NCBI GenBank assembly: GCA_009995225.1
Contig: JAACPW010000011.1
Span: 30,447 to 94,446, forward strand
Direction of reading: 5' to 3'
Source: Sphingomonadales bacterium
Lineage (GTDB): Bacteria > Pseudomonadota > Alphaproteobacteria > Sphingomonadales > Sphingomonadaceae
DNA length: 64,000 bases
The position numbers were made by a program, and so were the translations under genes. Below, in pieces: positions 27,081-36,949 of the stretch. The notes beneath the pieces were generated by a model. The model did no database searches. It was not told the origin of the DNA and saw nothing but the letters and a program-made list of their open reading frames with translations. How positions within the stretch are numbered: the first letter of the stretch is position 1; every line of letters starts with the position of its first letter.

Positions 27081-28619
27081 ATGGCGGACAGCGCGACGGA
27101 AATATTTTTGGGGCTGGGATCGGATGGTTCGCGCCAGGCCCTGGCATTGAGCCGGTCGAACCGCCACGGGCTGATCGCAGGCGCGACCGGAACCGGCAAG
27201 ACCGTGACATTGCAGGGCATCGCCGAAAGCTTTTCGATGGCCGGGGTGCCGGTGTTCGTGGCCGATGTGAAGGGTGACCTGTCAGGGATCGCGATGCCGG
27301 GCTCGCCGACCTTCAAGCACGCCGAAAAGCTGGAAAGCCGCGCCCGGGAACTGGGCATCACCGACTATGCCTATACCGATAATCCCGTGATCTTCTGGGA
27401 TCTTTACGGGGAACAGGGCCACCCGATCCGCACCACGATCTCGGAAATGGGGCCGCTGCTGCTGTCGCGTTTGCTGGATCTCAACGAGACGCAGGAAGGG
27501 GTCTTGCAGATCATCTTCCGTCATGCCGACGAGAACGGATTGCTGCTGCTCGACTTTGCCGACTTGCAGGCGCTGCTGGCCTGGGCGAACGCAAATTCGG
27601 CCGAATTGTCCGGCAAATACGGCAACGTCACCAAGCCTTCGGTCGGGGCGATCCAGCGGCAATTGCTGTCGTTCGAATCGCAAGGGGCGAACCATTTCTT
27701 CGGCGAGCCGGCGCTCGAGATCGACGACTTTCTCAAGGTGGATGATCAGGGGCGCGGCATCATCAATGTTCTGGCCGCCGATAAATTGATGCGCAGTCCC
27801 AAGCTCTATGCCACCTTCCTGCTGTGGCTGCTGGCAGAACTGTTCGAGACGCTTCCCGAAGTCGGCGACCCGGAAAAGCCCAAGCTGGTGTTCTTCTTCG
27901 ATGAGGCGCACCTGTTGTTCGACGATGCGCCCAAGGCCTTGCAGGACACCATCGAACAGGTGGTGCGGCTGATCCGGTCGAAGGGCGTGGGGGTGTTTTT
28001 CGTCACGCAGAACCCGATCGATATTCCCGAAGAAGTCGCCGGCCAGCTGGGCAACCGGGTGCAGCATGCCTTGCGCGCCTTCACGCCGCGTGATCAGCGC
28101 GCGATCAAGGCGGCGGCCGAGACCTTCCGGATCAACCCCAGGCTGGATGTCGAAACCGCGATCACTGAATTGAAGGTCGGCGAGGCGCTGGTGTCCATGC
28201 TGGACGAAGACGGCGCACCTACGATTGTCGAGCGCACGCTGATCAAGCCGCCGCGCTCGCGCCTTGGGCCGGTTACGCCCAAGGAACGCGCCATCATTCA
28301 GTCGGTCAGCCCGCTCGACGGGAAATACGATACCCGCGTCGACCGCGCCAGCGCCGCCGAGGTGCTGGCCGCCAAGGCCGCCGATGCTGCCGCGACCGCT
28401 GAAGAAGTGGCCGAAATGGGCCGCGAAGAGGTTGGCAAGCGGGCACGCACAACCCCTTCGGTGTGGGAGAAGGCCGGCAAGAGCGCGATGACTGCGGCAA
28501 GCGGTTCGCTGGCGTCGATCGCGGTGGCGGCGGTGCTGGGCAAGAAGTCCGGCGCCAATCCGCTGCGCACCGGCGCAACCGCTTTTGTCAGAAACCTGAT
28601 CGGCGGATTGATGCGTTAA
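27081..28619 (+). CDS. HerA-like ATPase, DUF853/YjgR family
   Basis: Walker [43 protein letters not shown] motifs. Confidence 0.85.
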   Translation: MADSATEIFLGLGSDGSRQALALSRSNRHGLIAGATGTGKTVTLQGIAESFSMAGVPVFVADVKGDLSGIAMPGSPTFKHAEKLESRARELGITDYAYTDNPVIFWDLYGEQGHPIRTTISEMGPLLLSRLLDLNETQEGVLQIIFRHADENGLLLLDFADLQALLAWANANSAELSGKYGNVTKPSVGAIQRQLLSFESQGANHFFGEPALEIDDFLKVDDQGRGIINVLAADKLMRSPKLYATFLLWLLAELFETLPEVGDPEKPKLVFFFDEAHLLFDDAPKALQDTIEQVVRLIRSKGVGVFFVTQNPIDIPEEVAGQLGNRVQHALRAFTPRDQRAIKAAAETFRINPRLDVETAITELKVGEALVSMLDEDGAPTIVERTLIKPPRSRLGPVTPKERAIIQSVSPLDGKYDTRVDRASAAEVLAAKAADAAATAEEVAEMGREEVGKRARTTPSVWEKAGKSAMTAASGSLASIAVAAVLGKKSGANPLRTGATAFVRNLIGGLMR

Positions 28620-28629
28620 GCCACAATGT

Positions 28630-28661
28630 TCCTGCAATGTTTCACGTGAAACATTGCAGGA
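28630..28661. other. parS: parS centromere site within a perfect 32-bp palindrome
   Basis: TGTTTCACGTGAAACA at 28638-28653 is the consensus bacterial parS; the arms extend to TCCTGCAA...TTGCAGGA. Confidence 0.88.
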
Positions 28662-28744
28662 TTTGGCCTGCAAGGCGCGGCCTGGGCAGGGGCAAGCAGA
28701 GTCAAGCAGGGGTCAAGACGGGTCTGCCCCACGGCAAGACAGCC

Positions 28745-29131
28745 TCACGCGTCGGCAGCAGCGACCATGCAATAGGCGTTCAGCTTGTTGCCATCGGGAT
28801 CGCGGAAATAGCCCGCGTAAAAGCCGTCATCGCCGCGCGGGCCGGGTGCGCCTTCATCGCTTCCTCCGTAGGCCATCGCAATGTCATAGACCGCGTGGAC
28901 ATCGTCGGGCGTCTTGACCTCAAGCGCCACCATCACCCCATTGCCCACGCTTGCAGGCTGGCCATCGAATGGCAGCGTCGCCGCGATCCCGGTGCCGCCG
29001 CCCCATTCGCCCCAGGCGATGAACGCTTCGGTGTCCATCATCCGCCCCACGCCGAAATGCGCGGACAACGCATCATAAAACGCCGCCGCGCGCGGCAGAT
29101 CGTTGGTGCCCACAGTAACATAGCCGATCAT
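28745..29131 (-). CDS. VOC/glyoxalase family protein
   Basis: MIGYVTVGTNDL...FYD, GNG.MVAL, YFRDPDGNKL motifs. Confidence 0.88.
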   Translation of the reverse strand: MIGYVTVGTNDLPRAAAFYDALSAHFGVGRMMDTEAFIAWGEWGGGTGIAATLPFDGQPASVGNGVMVALEVKTPDDVHAVYDIAMAYGGSDEGAPGPRGDDGFYAGYFRDPDGNKLNAYCMVAAADA

Positions 29132-29201
29132 GCGTGTTCCTCCCGGTAAATGCGCGACTCGTGATCGGAACATTACAGGAACACGGGAATGCCAACAAGC
29201 G

Positions 29202-31031
29202 TCAAAGCGGCGCGGTCTCACGCTCCACCCAGGCCAGATCGTCACCCGTCAGGCGCGGGGTCAGCACCTCGCGCACGCGGGCGTGATAGGTATCGACCCA
29301 CGCAATCTCTTCGGAAGTCAGCAGGCTCTTGTCGATCAGCTTGCGGTCCAGCGGCACGAAGGTCAGCGTCTCGAACCCGAGCCAGCGGCCTTCCATGCCT
29401 TCGATCTGCCGCTCCTCAATCAGCGCGAGGTTTTCGATCCGGATGCCGAAGGCGTTCGGCTTGTAATAGCCCGGCTCGTTCGAACAGATCATCCCGGCGT
29501 GCAGTTCCTGCCCTGTCCCGGCCTGCCCGCCCGCAGGCTTGGCAATGCGTTGCGGGCCTTCATGCACGGCGAGTACACTGCCCACGCCATGTCCGGTGCC
29601 GTGACCGTAATCGACGCCCGCTTCCCACAGATATTGCCGCGCCAGAATGTCGAGCTGCGCGCCGCACGTCCCTTGCGGAAACACCGCGCGGGCAAGCTGG
29701 ATATGGCCCTTCAGCACGCGGGTGTTGCGATCGCGCATTTCGGGCGTCGGCACCCCCGCACCATCGGGCGTCCCGATCCAGACCGTGCGGGTGATATCGG
29801 TGGTGCCGCCAGGATATTGCCCGCCCGAATCGACGAGGTAGATCGAGCCCGGCGGGATCGGGATATTGCTGTCTTCGTCCACCTTGTAATGCGGCAGCGC
29901 GGCGTGGCCTGCGGCGGCAGAGATCGTGTCGAAGCTGAGATCATGCAGGCCGGGGTCTTCCTCACGAAAGGCTTGCAGGCGGGCCGCGGCGGCGAGTTCA
30001 TCGACACCGCCCTTGGGCGCTTCGATTTCCAGCCAGCGCAGGAAGCGGCTGACCGCTGCCCCGTCACGCGCCTGCGCGTCGCGGTGACCATCCTGTTCGG
30101 CGGCGTTCTTGATCGCCTTGGCCAGGATCGTCGGATCCTGCTTGAAGGTGAACGTGGCGCCGCCGGCCCGCAGGCCTTGCGCAATGCCGACCACGGCGAA
30201 ATCAGGATCGAGGACAACGCTTTGCCCCGCATATTCGCCAAGCGCGCCCTCAAACGCCGCCCGGTCGCGGATCGTGACCGCATTGCCCAGATGGCGGGTG
30301 AGTTCGGGCGTCACCTTCTCGGGCGCGATGAAGAGCTCGGCGCTGCCATCCTTGCGGGCGATGACATAGGACAGGGCGACGGGCGTATGCGCCACATCGG
30401 CCCCGCGAATGTTGAGCAGCCAGGCCACCGAATCGAGCGCCGGGATCACCACCGCATCGTGGCCTTCCTTGACCAGCCAATCGGCAACAGCCGCACGCTT
30501 GTCGGCCGAGGACCGCCCCGCCATCGCTTCGTCATGCACCCGCGCCTGCGCCACCGATGGCGCGGGGCGATCGGACCACACCGCGTCGATCGGGTTGCTG
30601 TCCGCCGGCACGAGCGTGATGCCCTTGGGGTTGACCTGGCGTTCCAGCGCTTCGACCCAGCCCCAGGTGTGGAGCCAGGGGTCGTAGGCGATCCGGGCAC
30701 CGTCAGCGCACACATCGGCCAGCCAGCCGCTCAGGCTTTCGCCCGGCACGCTCTTGTAATCGAACAGGTTTCCATCAACCTGCTCGCGCACCTGCACGGT
30801 GTAGCGCCCATCGACGAAGATCGCCGCGTGATCCAGCGTCACTGCGGCAAAGCCCGCCGATCCGCGAAAACCCGTCAGCCATTCCAGCCGCTGCGCATAA
30901 TCGCCGACATATTCGCTCATGTGTTCATCGGAGATGGGGATGACGAAACCGTGCACGCCCCGACGCTTCAGCTCCTCGCGCAGGGCGGAAAGGCGGGCTT
31001 GGCCGGAGAGTTGGGGGGTTTGCATCAGCAT
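29202..31031 (-). CDS. Aminopeptidase P (M24B Xaa-Pro aminopeptidase)
   Basis: DEHMSEY, DSGGQY..GTTDITRT, HGTGHGVG..L.VHEGP, SNEPGYY, GIRIEN motifs. Confidence 0.92.
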   Translation of the reverse strand: MLMQTPQLSGQARLSALREELKRRGVHGFVIPISDEHMSEYVGDYAQRLEWLTGFRGSAGFAAVTLDHAAIFVDGRYTVQVREQVDGNLFDYKSVPGESLSGWLADVCADGARIAYDPWLHTWGWVEALERQVNPKGITLVPADSNPIDAVWSDRPAPSVAQARVHDEAMAGRSSADKRAAVADWLVKEGHDAVVIPALDSVAWLLNIRGADVAHTPVALSYVIARKDGSAELFIAPEKVTPELTRHLGNAVTIRDRAAFEGALGEYAGQSVVLDPDFAVVGIAQGLRAGGATFTFKQDPTILAKAIKNAAEQDGHRDAQARDGAAVSRFLRWLEIEAPKGGVDELAAAARLQAFREEDPGLHDLSFDTISAAAGHAALPHYKVDEDSNIPIPPGSIYLVDSGGQYPGGTTDITRTVWIGTPDGAGVPTPEMRDRNTRVLKGHIQLARAVFPQGTCGAQLDILARQYLWEAGVDYGHGTGHGVGSVLAVHEGPQRIAKPAGGQAGTGQELHAGMICSNEPGYYKPNAFGIRIENLALIEERQIEGMEGRWLGFETLTFVPLDRKLIDKSLLTSEEIAWVDTYHARVREVLTPRLTGDDLAWVERETAPL

Positions 31032-31162
31032 CGTGTGGTCCTCAGGTGTCGGCGCGGGTCTTGCCGCGCGGGAATGTCTCGCTAGAACCGCCAACATAGG
31101 CCCAAGGCCGCGGTTTTTCCACCCGCTGCGCAAGGGCCGGACGCCAACAGGGGACGACCGCA

Positions 31163-33394
31163 ATGCTCCGCCAGATCAGCACCCACGCACTTGCCACCGC
31201 ACTTCTTGCCACCACCTTGGCGGTAGCCGCTCCCGCTCGTGCCACCACGAACAGCCCAGAGGAACAGACCCGCGTGACCACATCTGCCGCCGCTTCCAGC
31301 ACCGATATCCAGCCCCCCGTCGCCGAGAAGCGCCCGCACACCTACACGCATCACGGGATCACCATCGAAGACCCCTATGACTGGCTGTATGACAAGTCCT
31401 ACCCCACCATCGATGACGAGGACGTGCTGAACCACGTCAAGGCGGAGAACGCCTATTTCGAAGCCAAGATGGGCGCGCAGGCCCCCTTCACCGAAGCACT
31501 GTTCACCGAGATGCGCGCGCGTATCAAAGAAGACGATTCCACGGTGCCGCAGAAGGATGGCGATTACATCTACTGGTCCGAATTCGAAGAAGGCGCGCAG
31601 TATCGCAAGCATTACCGCAAGCCTGTAAGCGGCGGCGGGGCCCAGCTCATCATTGACGAGAACCAGTTGGCCGAGGGGCAGGAATATTTCCGCCTTGGCG
31701 CAGCGTCGATCAGCCAGAACGGGCGGTTTCTCGCCTATTCCGCCGATACCGACGGGTCGGAACGTTACACCGCGCGGATCAAGGATCTGGAAACCGGCGA
31801 ACTGCTGCCCGATGTCATCACCAACCTGCGCAGCGATCTGGTCTGGGTCGCGAATGATACCGCACTGGTCTATGGCCCCTCGACCGAGGAATGGCGCACG
31901 CTGAAGGCCAAGCTGCACGTGATCGGCACCCCGGTCGAACAGGACGTGACGCTCTACAAGGAAGAAGACCAGAGCTTTAGTGTCGGCACCGGGCTTTCGG
32001 CGCAGGATGACTGGCTGGTGATCGCCACCGGCGACAACGAGACCAGCGAAGTGCGTCTTGTCCCCGCTGCCACCCCCACCGCGCAGCCGATTCTCATCAA
32101 GCCGCGCCAGAAGGGCGTCGAATACAGCGTCGATGTGCGCGATGGGGAGGTGTGGGTGTGGACCAATGACGACCACATCAACTTCCGTCTCGCCAAGGCC
32201 AAGCTGGAGACGCCGGGCGAATGGCAGACGGTGATTGCCGGGTCGGACGAATTCTACCTGACCGGCTTTGACCTGTTCAAGGATTTCTACGTCACCGAAG
32301 GGCGCCAGAACGGGCTCGACCAGATCCATCTGCGCCAATATGGCGATGCGGACCGGATCACCCCGATCAGCTTCCCCGAAGCGAGCTACACCGCCGGGCT
32401 TTCCAACAACCCCGAATATGACATGAGCGCGCTGCGCCTGTCCTATCAAAGCATGGTCACGCCCAGCACGATCTATGATTACGACGTGGCGACCGGCGGT
32501 CTGGAAACGCTCAAGACGCAGGAAATCCCCAGCGGTTACGATGCCAGCCTCTATGTCACCGAACGCGTGAGCGTGCAGGCGCGCGACGGGACGATGGTGC
32601 CGGTCAGCGTGGTGATGCGCAAGGACCGCGCCGAAATCCTGGCCAAGGCCGGGATCGAAGGGCCGGGGCCGCTGCATCTCTATGCCTATGGCGCCTATGG
32701 CTATGCCGTGCCGCCGGGCTTCTCGACCTCGCGCCTCTCTCTCGTGGATCGCGGCTTTGCCTATGCCATCGCGCATATTCGCGGAGGGGATGATCTGGGG
32801 CGGCGCTGGTATCTGCAAGGCAAGATGTTCGAGCGGACCAACACCTTCAACGACTTTGTCGATGCCGGGCGCGGGTTGATTGCGGAAGGCTACACCGCCG
32901 AAGGCATGGTCACGGCCAGCGGCGGATCGGCGGGCGGCGAACTGATGGGCGCGATCATCAATCAGGACCCCAAGCAGTACGGCGCCATCGTTGCGCACGT
33001 GCCCTTCGTCGATGTGCTGAACACGATGCTGAACAAGGATTTGCCGCTGACGCCGGGTGAATGGCAGGAATGGGGCAACCCCATCACCGACAAGGCGGCG
33101 TTCGCCTACATGCTGTCCTATTCGCCTTACGATCAGGTCGTCGCCAAGGAATACCCGCCGATGCTGGTGACAGCGGGCCTCAACGATCCGCGCGTGACAT
33201 ACTGGGAGCCGGCCAAGTGGGTCGCCAAGCTGCGTGAAGTGAAGACCGACGACAACCTGCTGCTGATGAAGACCAACATGGGCGCAGGCCACGGCGGGCA
33301 ATCGGGCCGCTGGAACGCGCTGAAGGAAACGGCGGAGGAGTTCGCCTTCATCCTGTGGCAGATGGGGATGGCTCCCAAAACGGGCGGCGAGTGA
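31163..33394 (+). CDS. ptrB: Oligopeptidase B (S9A), secreted
   Basis: Signal peptide; DPYDWL, HIRGG, GGSAGG nucleophile motif, DPRV.YWEPAKW, AGHGG. Confidence 0.92.
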   Translation: MLRQISTHALATALLATTLAVAAPARATTNSPEEQTRVTTSAAASSTDIQPPVAEKRPHTYTHHGITIEDPYDWLYDKSYPTIDDEDVLNHVKAENAYFEAKMGAQAPFTEALFTEMRARIKEDDSTVPQKDGDYIYWSEFEEGAQYRKHYRKPVSGGGAQLIIDENQLAEGQEYFRLGAASISQNGRFLAYSADTDGSERYTARIKDLETGELLPDVITNLRSDLVWVANDTALVYGPSTEEWRTLKAKLHVIGTPVEQDVTLYKEEDQSFSVGTGLSAQDDWLVIATGDNETSEVRLVPAATPTAQPILIKPRQKGVEYSVDVRDGEVWVWTNDDHINFRLAKAKLETPGEWQTVIAGSDEFYLTGFDLFKDFYVTEGRQNGLDQIHLRQYGDADRITPISFPEASYTAGLSNNPEYDMSALRLSYQSMVTPSTIYDYDVATGGLETLKTQEIPSGYDASLYVTERVSVQARDGTMVPVSVVMRKDRAEILAKAGIEGPGPLHLYAYGAYGYAVPPGFSTSRLSLVDRGFAYAIAHIRGGDDLGRRWYLQGKMFERTNTFNDFVDAGRGLIAEGYTAEGMVTASGGSAGGELMGAIINQDPKQYGAIVAHVPFVDVLNTMLNKDLPLTPGEWQEWGNPITDKAAFAYMLSYSPYDQVVAKEYPPMLVTAGLNDPRVTYWEPAKWVAKLREVKTDDNLLLMKTNMGAGHGGQSGRWNALKETAEEFAFILWQMGMAPKTGGE

Positions 33395-33789
33395 CAGGCC
33401 CGAACACCTTCACTCGCACCTTCATGGCCAAGCCGCAGCACATCGACGCGCTCGGCCACGTAAACAACACCGTGTGGGTGCAGTGGATTCAGGACATGGC
33501 CACCGCGCATTGGGATGCGGTTGCCCGCCCGGAGGATCGCGCCGCGTTCTTCTGGGTCGTGGTGCGGCACGAGATCGATTACCGCGGCAACGTGTCGGAG
33601 GGCGAAATCGTTACGGCGACCACCTGGATCGAAGGCGCGGGCATGGGTGCCAAATCGCTCCGCCGGGTCGAGTTTACCGACGCAGGCGGCAAACGCCTCG
33701 TCAGCGCGAGCACAACCTGGGCGATGCTCGACAAGGCGACGGGACGGCTGGCGCGGGTGCGGCCCGAGGTGCTGGCGCCGTTTGCTTGA
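33391..33789 (+). CDS. Acyl-CoA thioesterase (4HBT/FcbC family)
   Basis: HIDALGHVNN motif, RHEIDY; GTG start overlapping the ptrB stop. Confidence 0.85.
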   Translation: MTGPNTFTRTFMAKPQHIDALGHVNNTVWVQWIQDMATAHWDAVARPEDRAAFFWVVVRHEIDYRGNVSEGEIVTATTWIEGAGMGAKSLRRVEFTDAGGKRLVSASTTWAMLDKATGRLARVRPEVLAPFA

Positions 33790-33837
33790 GGTTGCAGCAC
33801 ACAAGTTTACTCAGGCGCCAACTCGGGCGCCCGTAAA

Positions 33838-35580
33838 TCAGGCCGCGCGGTCTTCTGCCTGCTGCCGGCTTTCAGGCGCGGCCTTGAACACCGTCAGGCG
33901 TTCATAGGCTATGCGATTGCGACCTGCGGCCTTGGCTTCGTACATCAGCGCATCGGCGCGGGCGTAGAATTCGGTGAAGGTTATCTTGTGACGGCTGGCT
34001 TCGGCCATCACCACCACGCCCATGCTGGCAGTCACCGGCAAATCGAGTCCCGGCACAGCCTTGGCGATCCGCATCGGTATCGCACGGCGCAACGCTTCGG
34101 CACGGTCGAGCGTGTGGAGCCCGCGCAACAGCACGACAAACTCCTCGCCCCCCAGCCGCACCGCCACCGTATCGCGATCTCCGCTTGACCGAAGCGCGCT
34201 GGCGCAGGCGATCAGCGCCGCATCGCCGACCTGATGCCCATGAAGATCGTTGATCGCCTTGAACCGGTCGAGATCGACCAGCGCGAAGGTATCGAAGCCT
34301 TGCACCAGCAGATCGTCAAACCGCGCCTCGATCGCGCGGCGGTTCATCAATCCGGTGAGCGAATCGCGGGTCGAGATGTGTTCGAGCATCTTGGCCTCGG
34401 TCAGCGCGGCATCACGTTCGCGGCGCAGCGCCAAGAAACGATCGGCAATCGCAAGGCTGATGACCACCACTTCGATGCCCGTCGCCACAAACATCATCAG
34501 ATCAAGGCTCGACGGCCCGGTGTGCAGCCCCAGCCCGCGTGTCAGCCGTTCCACCGAAGCGGCGATCAGCGGTGCCCATGCTGCGGCGACAAAGCGGGCT
34601 GAACGGCTACCGCGCATGATCGCATGGATGATGGCAAAGCTGGCGATCAGCGCGGCCGGCGAGATCGCGAGGAAATAGGCCAGATCATCAAAGGCCTGCG
34701 TGGCGTGAAGCTGAAACGAAAACAGGCCGGGCACGAGAATCGTCCAGCACCCCGCCCAGAAGGTGAAGCGCCGCACCCTCGGATCCAGCGCGCCGTGCTC
34801 CAGAAATGCGCTCAAAAACAGCAGCGCCGCACCGCACCCGATGGCCCATGATAACGGAGCCAGCACCGCCAACGCCGCAACCGACACCGTGACGAAAACA
34901 GAAATCAGGCCGCCCGCGAACAGGACATATCCCATCATCCCGGTCACCATCAGCGCGTGGAGCAACACGAACCGTTCGCGCAGCACAAGATAGAATGTGA
35001 TGTCGAACAACAGCGGCAGGACGAGCATTCCCAGCACCAGTGCCAGAATCATCATTTCCAACTGCGTCCGCGCCACGTTTTCGGGATCGCGGGCCAGCCG
35101 CGCCTCGGTCAAAAGCGGGATCGAGTGGGGCAGATCGATCCGGGCAATCACCATACGGGTATCAGCCGTGATCTGCGGCAATGGCAGGCGGAAAACGGGG
35201 CCGGCCGCAATCGGCTCGCCGTCGGCTTCGACATAGCTGACGCTGCGTTGCGCGCCGTTTGCATCAATGGCGGTCAGCGTGATCCCCTGATGCCGGGCGG
35301 TGCGGCTGAAGAAATAGCGCGGCGGCGCATTCCCCTGCCAGCTTGCGGCATCAAATTTGAGCCAGGCCACCGGTTGATCGGCCCGCCACGCCTGGTCGTC
35401 ACATATCCAGACCGGTGGTGCTTTCATGGCGCGGGAGGCGGAATCATGACCGGTGGTGGTATGACAGACCGGGGCAAAAGCAGGCGCGTCCCGATCCTCA
35501 GCCGCAACCGGACGCGCAGCCAGCAACGCCAGCAGCACGGCAACCATCGCAGCACGGAACAAGAGGCGCATGACATCCAC
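33838..35580 (-). CDS. Diguanylate cyclase with a 7TM-DISM-like sensor
   Basis: Signal/periplasmic domain, about 7 TM segments, D.LTGLMNRR, DLDRFKAINDLHGHQVGD, GGEEF. Confidence 0.88.
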   Translation of the reverse strand: MDVMRLLFRAAMVAVLLALLAARPVAAEDRDAPAFAPVCHTTTGHDSASRAMKAPPVWICDDQAWRADQPVAWLKFDAASWQGNAPPRYFFSRTARHQGITLTAIDANGAQRSVSYVEADGEPIAAGPVFRLPLPQITADTRMVIARIDLPHSIPLLTEARLARDPENVARTQLEMMILALVLGMLVLPLLFDITFYLVLRERFVLLHALMVTGMMGYVLFAGGLISVFVTVSVAALAVLAPLSWAIGCGAALLFLSAFLEHGALDPRVRRFTFWAGCWTILVPGLFSFQLHATQAFDDLAYFLAISPAALIASFAIIHAIMRGSRSARFVAAAWAPLIAASVERLTRGLGLHTGPSSLDLMMFVATGIEVVVISLAIADRFLALRRERDAALTEAKMLEHISTRDSLTGLMNRRAIEARFDDLLVQGFDTFALVDLDRFKAINDLHGHQVGDAALIACASALRSSGDRDTVAVRLGGEEFVVLLRGLHTLDRAEALRRAIPMRIAKAVPGLDLPVTASMGVVVMAEASRHKITFTEFYARADALMYEAKAAGRNRIAYERLTVFKAAPESRQQAEDRAA

Positions 35581-35716
35581 GGCGGGGCGTTACCATGCAA
35601 GCCGTTACGATGCTGTTAAGATAGTTATCTCCATTCTGGAGCAAATATACCACGTTGTCAGAGACTTGCAGGGCCGCGCACACCGTTGGCTTGGGGGCCA
35701 GCCTGCTGCGCCCGGA

Positions 35717-35734
35717 TCGTCACGGGCTTGTCAT
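35717..35734 (+). promoter_or_regulatory. Putative Pho box (PhoB site)
   Basis: TCGTCAC-GGGC-TTGTCAT, 11-bp period, 60 bp upstream of pstS. Confidence 0.65.
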
Positions 35735-35794
35735 CAAATCCCCTTAGCGCGACCTTAGTAGAACCTGCGTTTTCGCACCGCTTCAGGAAACTTC

Positions 35795-36868
35795 ATGGCA
35801 CATCGCACGCTCGCCTTCTCCACATTTGGCGCCGTTATCAAACTTGGCACCGCATTGGTCTTCGCTGGCGCCATGGTGTCGGGTTGCTCGGAAAACTCCT
35901 CGGCCCAGTCGGTCCATGCGGTTGGGTCTTCAACGGTTTACCCCTTTGCCAAGGTGGTGGCGGAAAACTTTTCGCGGTCCAACCCGGACATGCCTTCGCC
36001 GCTGATCGAATCGACCGGAACCGGCAATGGCATCCAGCTGTTCTGCTCCGGCCTTGGCCCCAACACGCCCGACATGGCCAACGCCTCGCGCCGGATGAAG
36101 CCTTCGGAATTCGATGCATGCAGCGCCAACAGCGTCGATGAAGTGATCGAATTGCAGGTCGGTCTGGACGGCATCGCCTTTGCTGCGGCCAGGGGCGGGA
36201 TCATGCTCAACCTGTCACCCAAGACGGTGTACGAAGCATTGGCAGAGCGCCCCTATGGCAAGGCCCAGACCGCCAAGACCTGGGCCGATGTCGATCCGGC
36301 GCTGCCGGCCGATCCGATCCTTGTCTATGGCCCGCCCAGCACATCGGGCACGCGCGATGCGCTGAAGGAACTGGTGCTTGAAGTCGGCTGCGCCAGCAAT
36401 CCGGCGATGGAAGCCTTGAAAGAAAGCAACCCCGACGAACATCGTCAGATCTGCACCGAAGTGCGCGACGATGGCGCCTATGTCGATCAGGGCGAGCAGG
36501 ACAATCTGATTGTCCAGAAGATCATCGGCAACCCGCGCGCCGTGGGCGTGTTCGGCTATTCCTACATGGAGGAAAACTCCGATAAGGTGCAGGGCCTGCC
36601 GATGGATGGGGTCGAACCGACATACGAGAATATCTCCAGCTTCGCCTACCCCGGCGCGCGGGCAATGTATGTCTATGTAAAGAAAGCGCACATGCGCGCG
36701 ATTCCGGGCCTTGAAGATTACATGAAGGAATGGGTGAAAAGCTGGGGCAAGACCGGGCCGCTTGCGCGGATTGGGATGGTGGCGATGCCGGAATCGGCGA
36801 TGGCCGCCAATGCGGCCAAGGTGCAGAGCATGACCTTGCTGACCAGGGCCGAACTCGAAGCGGAATAA
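35795..36868 (+). CDS. pstS: Phosphate-binding protein PstS family (no pstCAB beside it)
   Basis: GSSTVYPF, STGTGNG, NASRRMK, GPPSTSGTRD, FGYSY motifs; lipobox VSGC. Confidence 0.88.
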   Translation: MAHRTLAFSTFGAVIKLGTALVFAGAMVSGCSENSSAQSVHAVGSSTVYPFAKVVAENFSRSNPDMPSPLIESTGTGNGIQLFCSGLGPNTPDMANASRRMKPSEFDACSANSVDEVIELQVGLDGIAFAAARGGIMLNLSPKTVYEALAERPYGKAQTAKTWADVDPALPADPILVYGPPSTSGTRDALKELVLEVGCASNPAMEALKESNPDEHRQICTEVRDDGAYVDQGEQDNLIVQKIIGNPRAVGVFGYSYMEENSDKVQGLPMDGVEPTYENISSFAYPGARAMYVYVKKAHMRAIPGLEDYMKEWVKSWGKTGPLARIGMVAMPESAMAANAAKVQSMTLLTRAELEAE

Positions 36869-36949
36869 CCTTCGCCCGATAGCCGCGCCCGAATGCAGCG
36901 CCCAGATGCAGCAATTGCCGCGCGGTCATCGCGTGCGTATCGTGGCACC

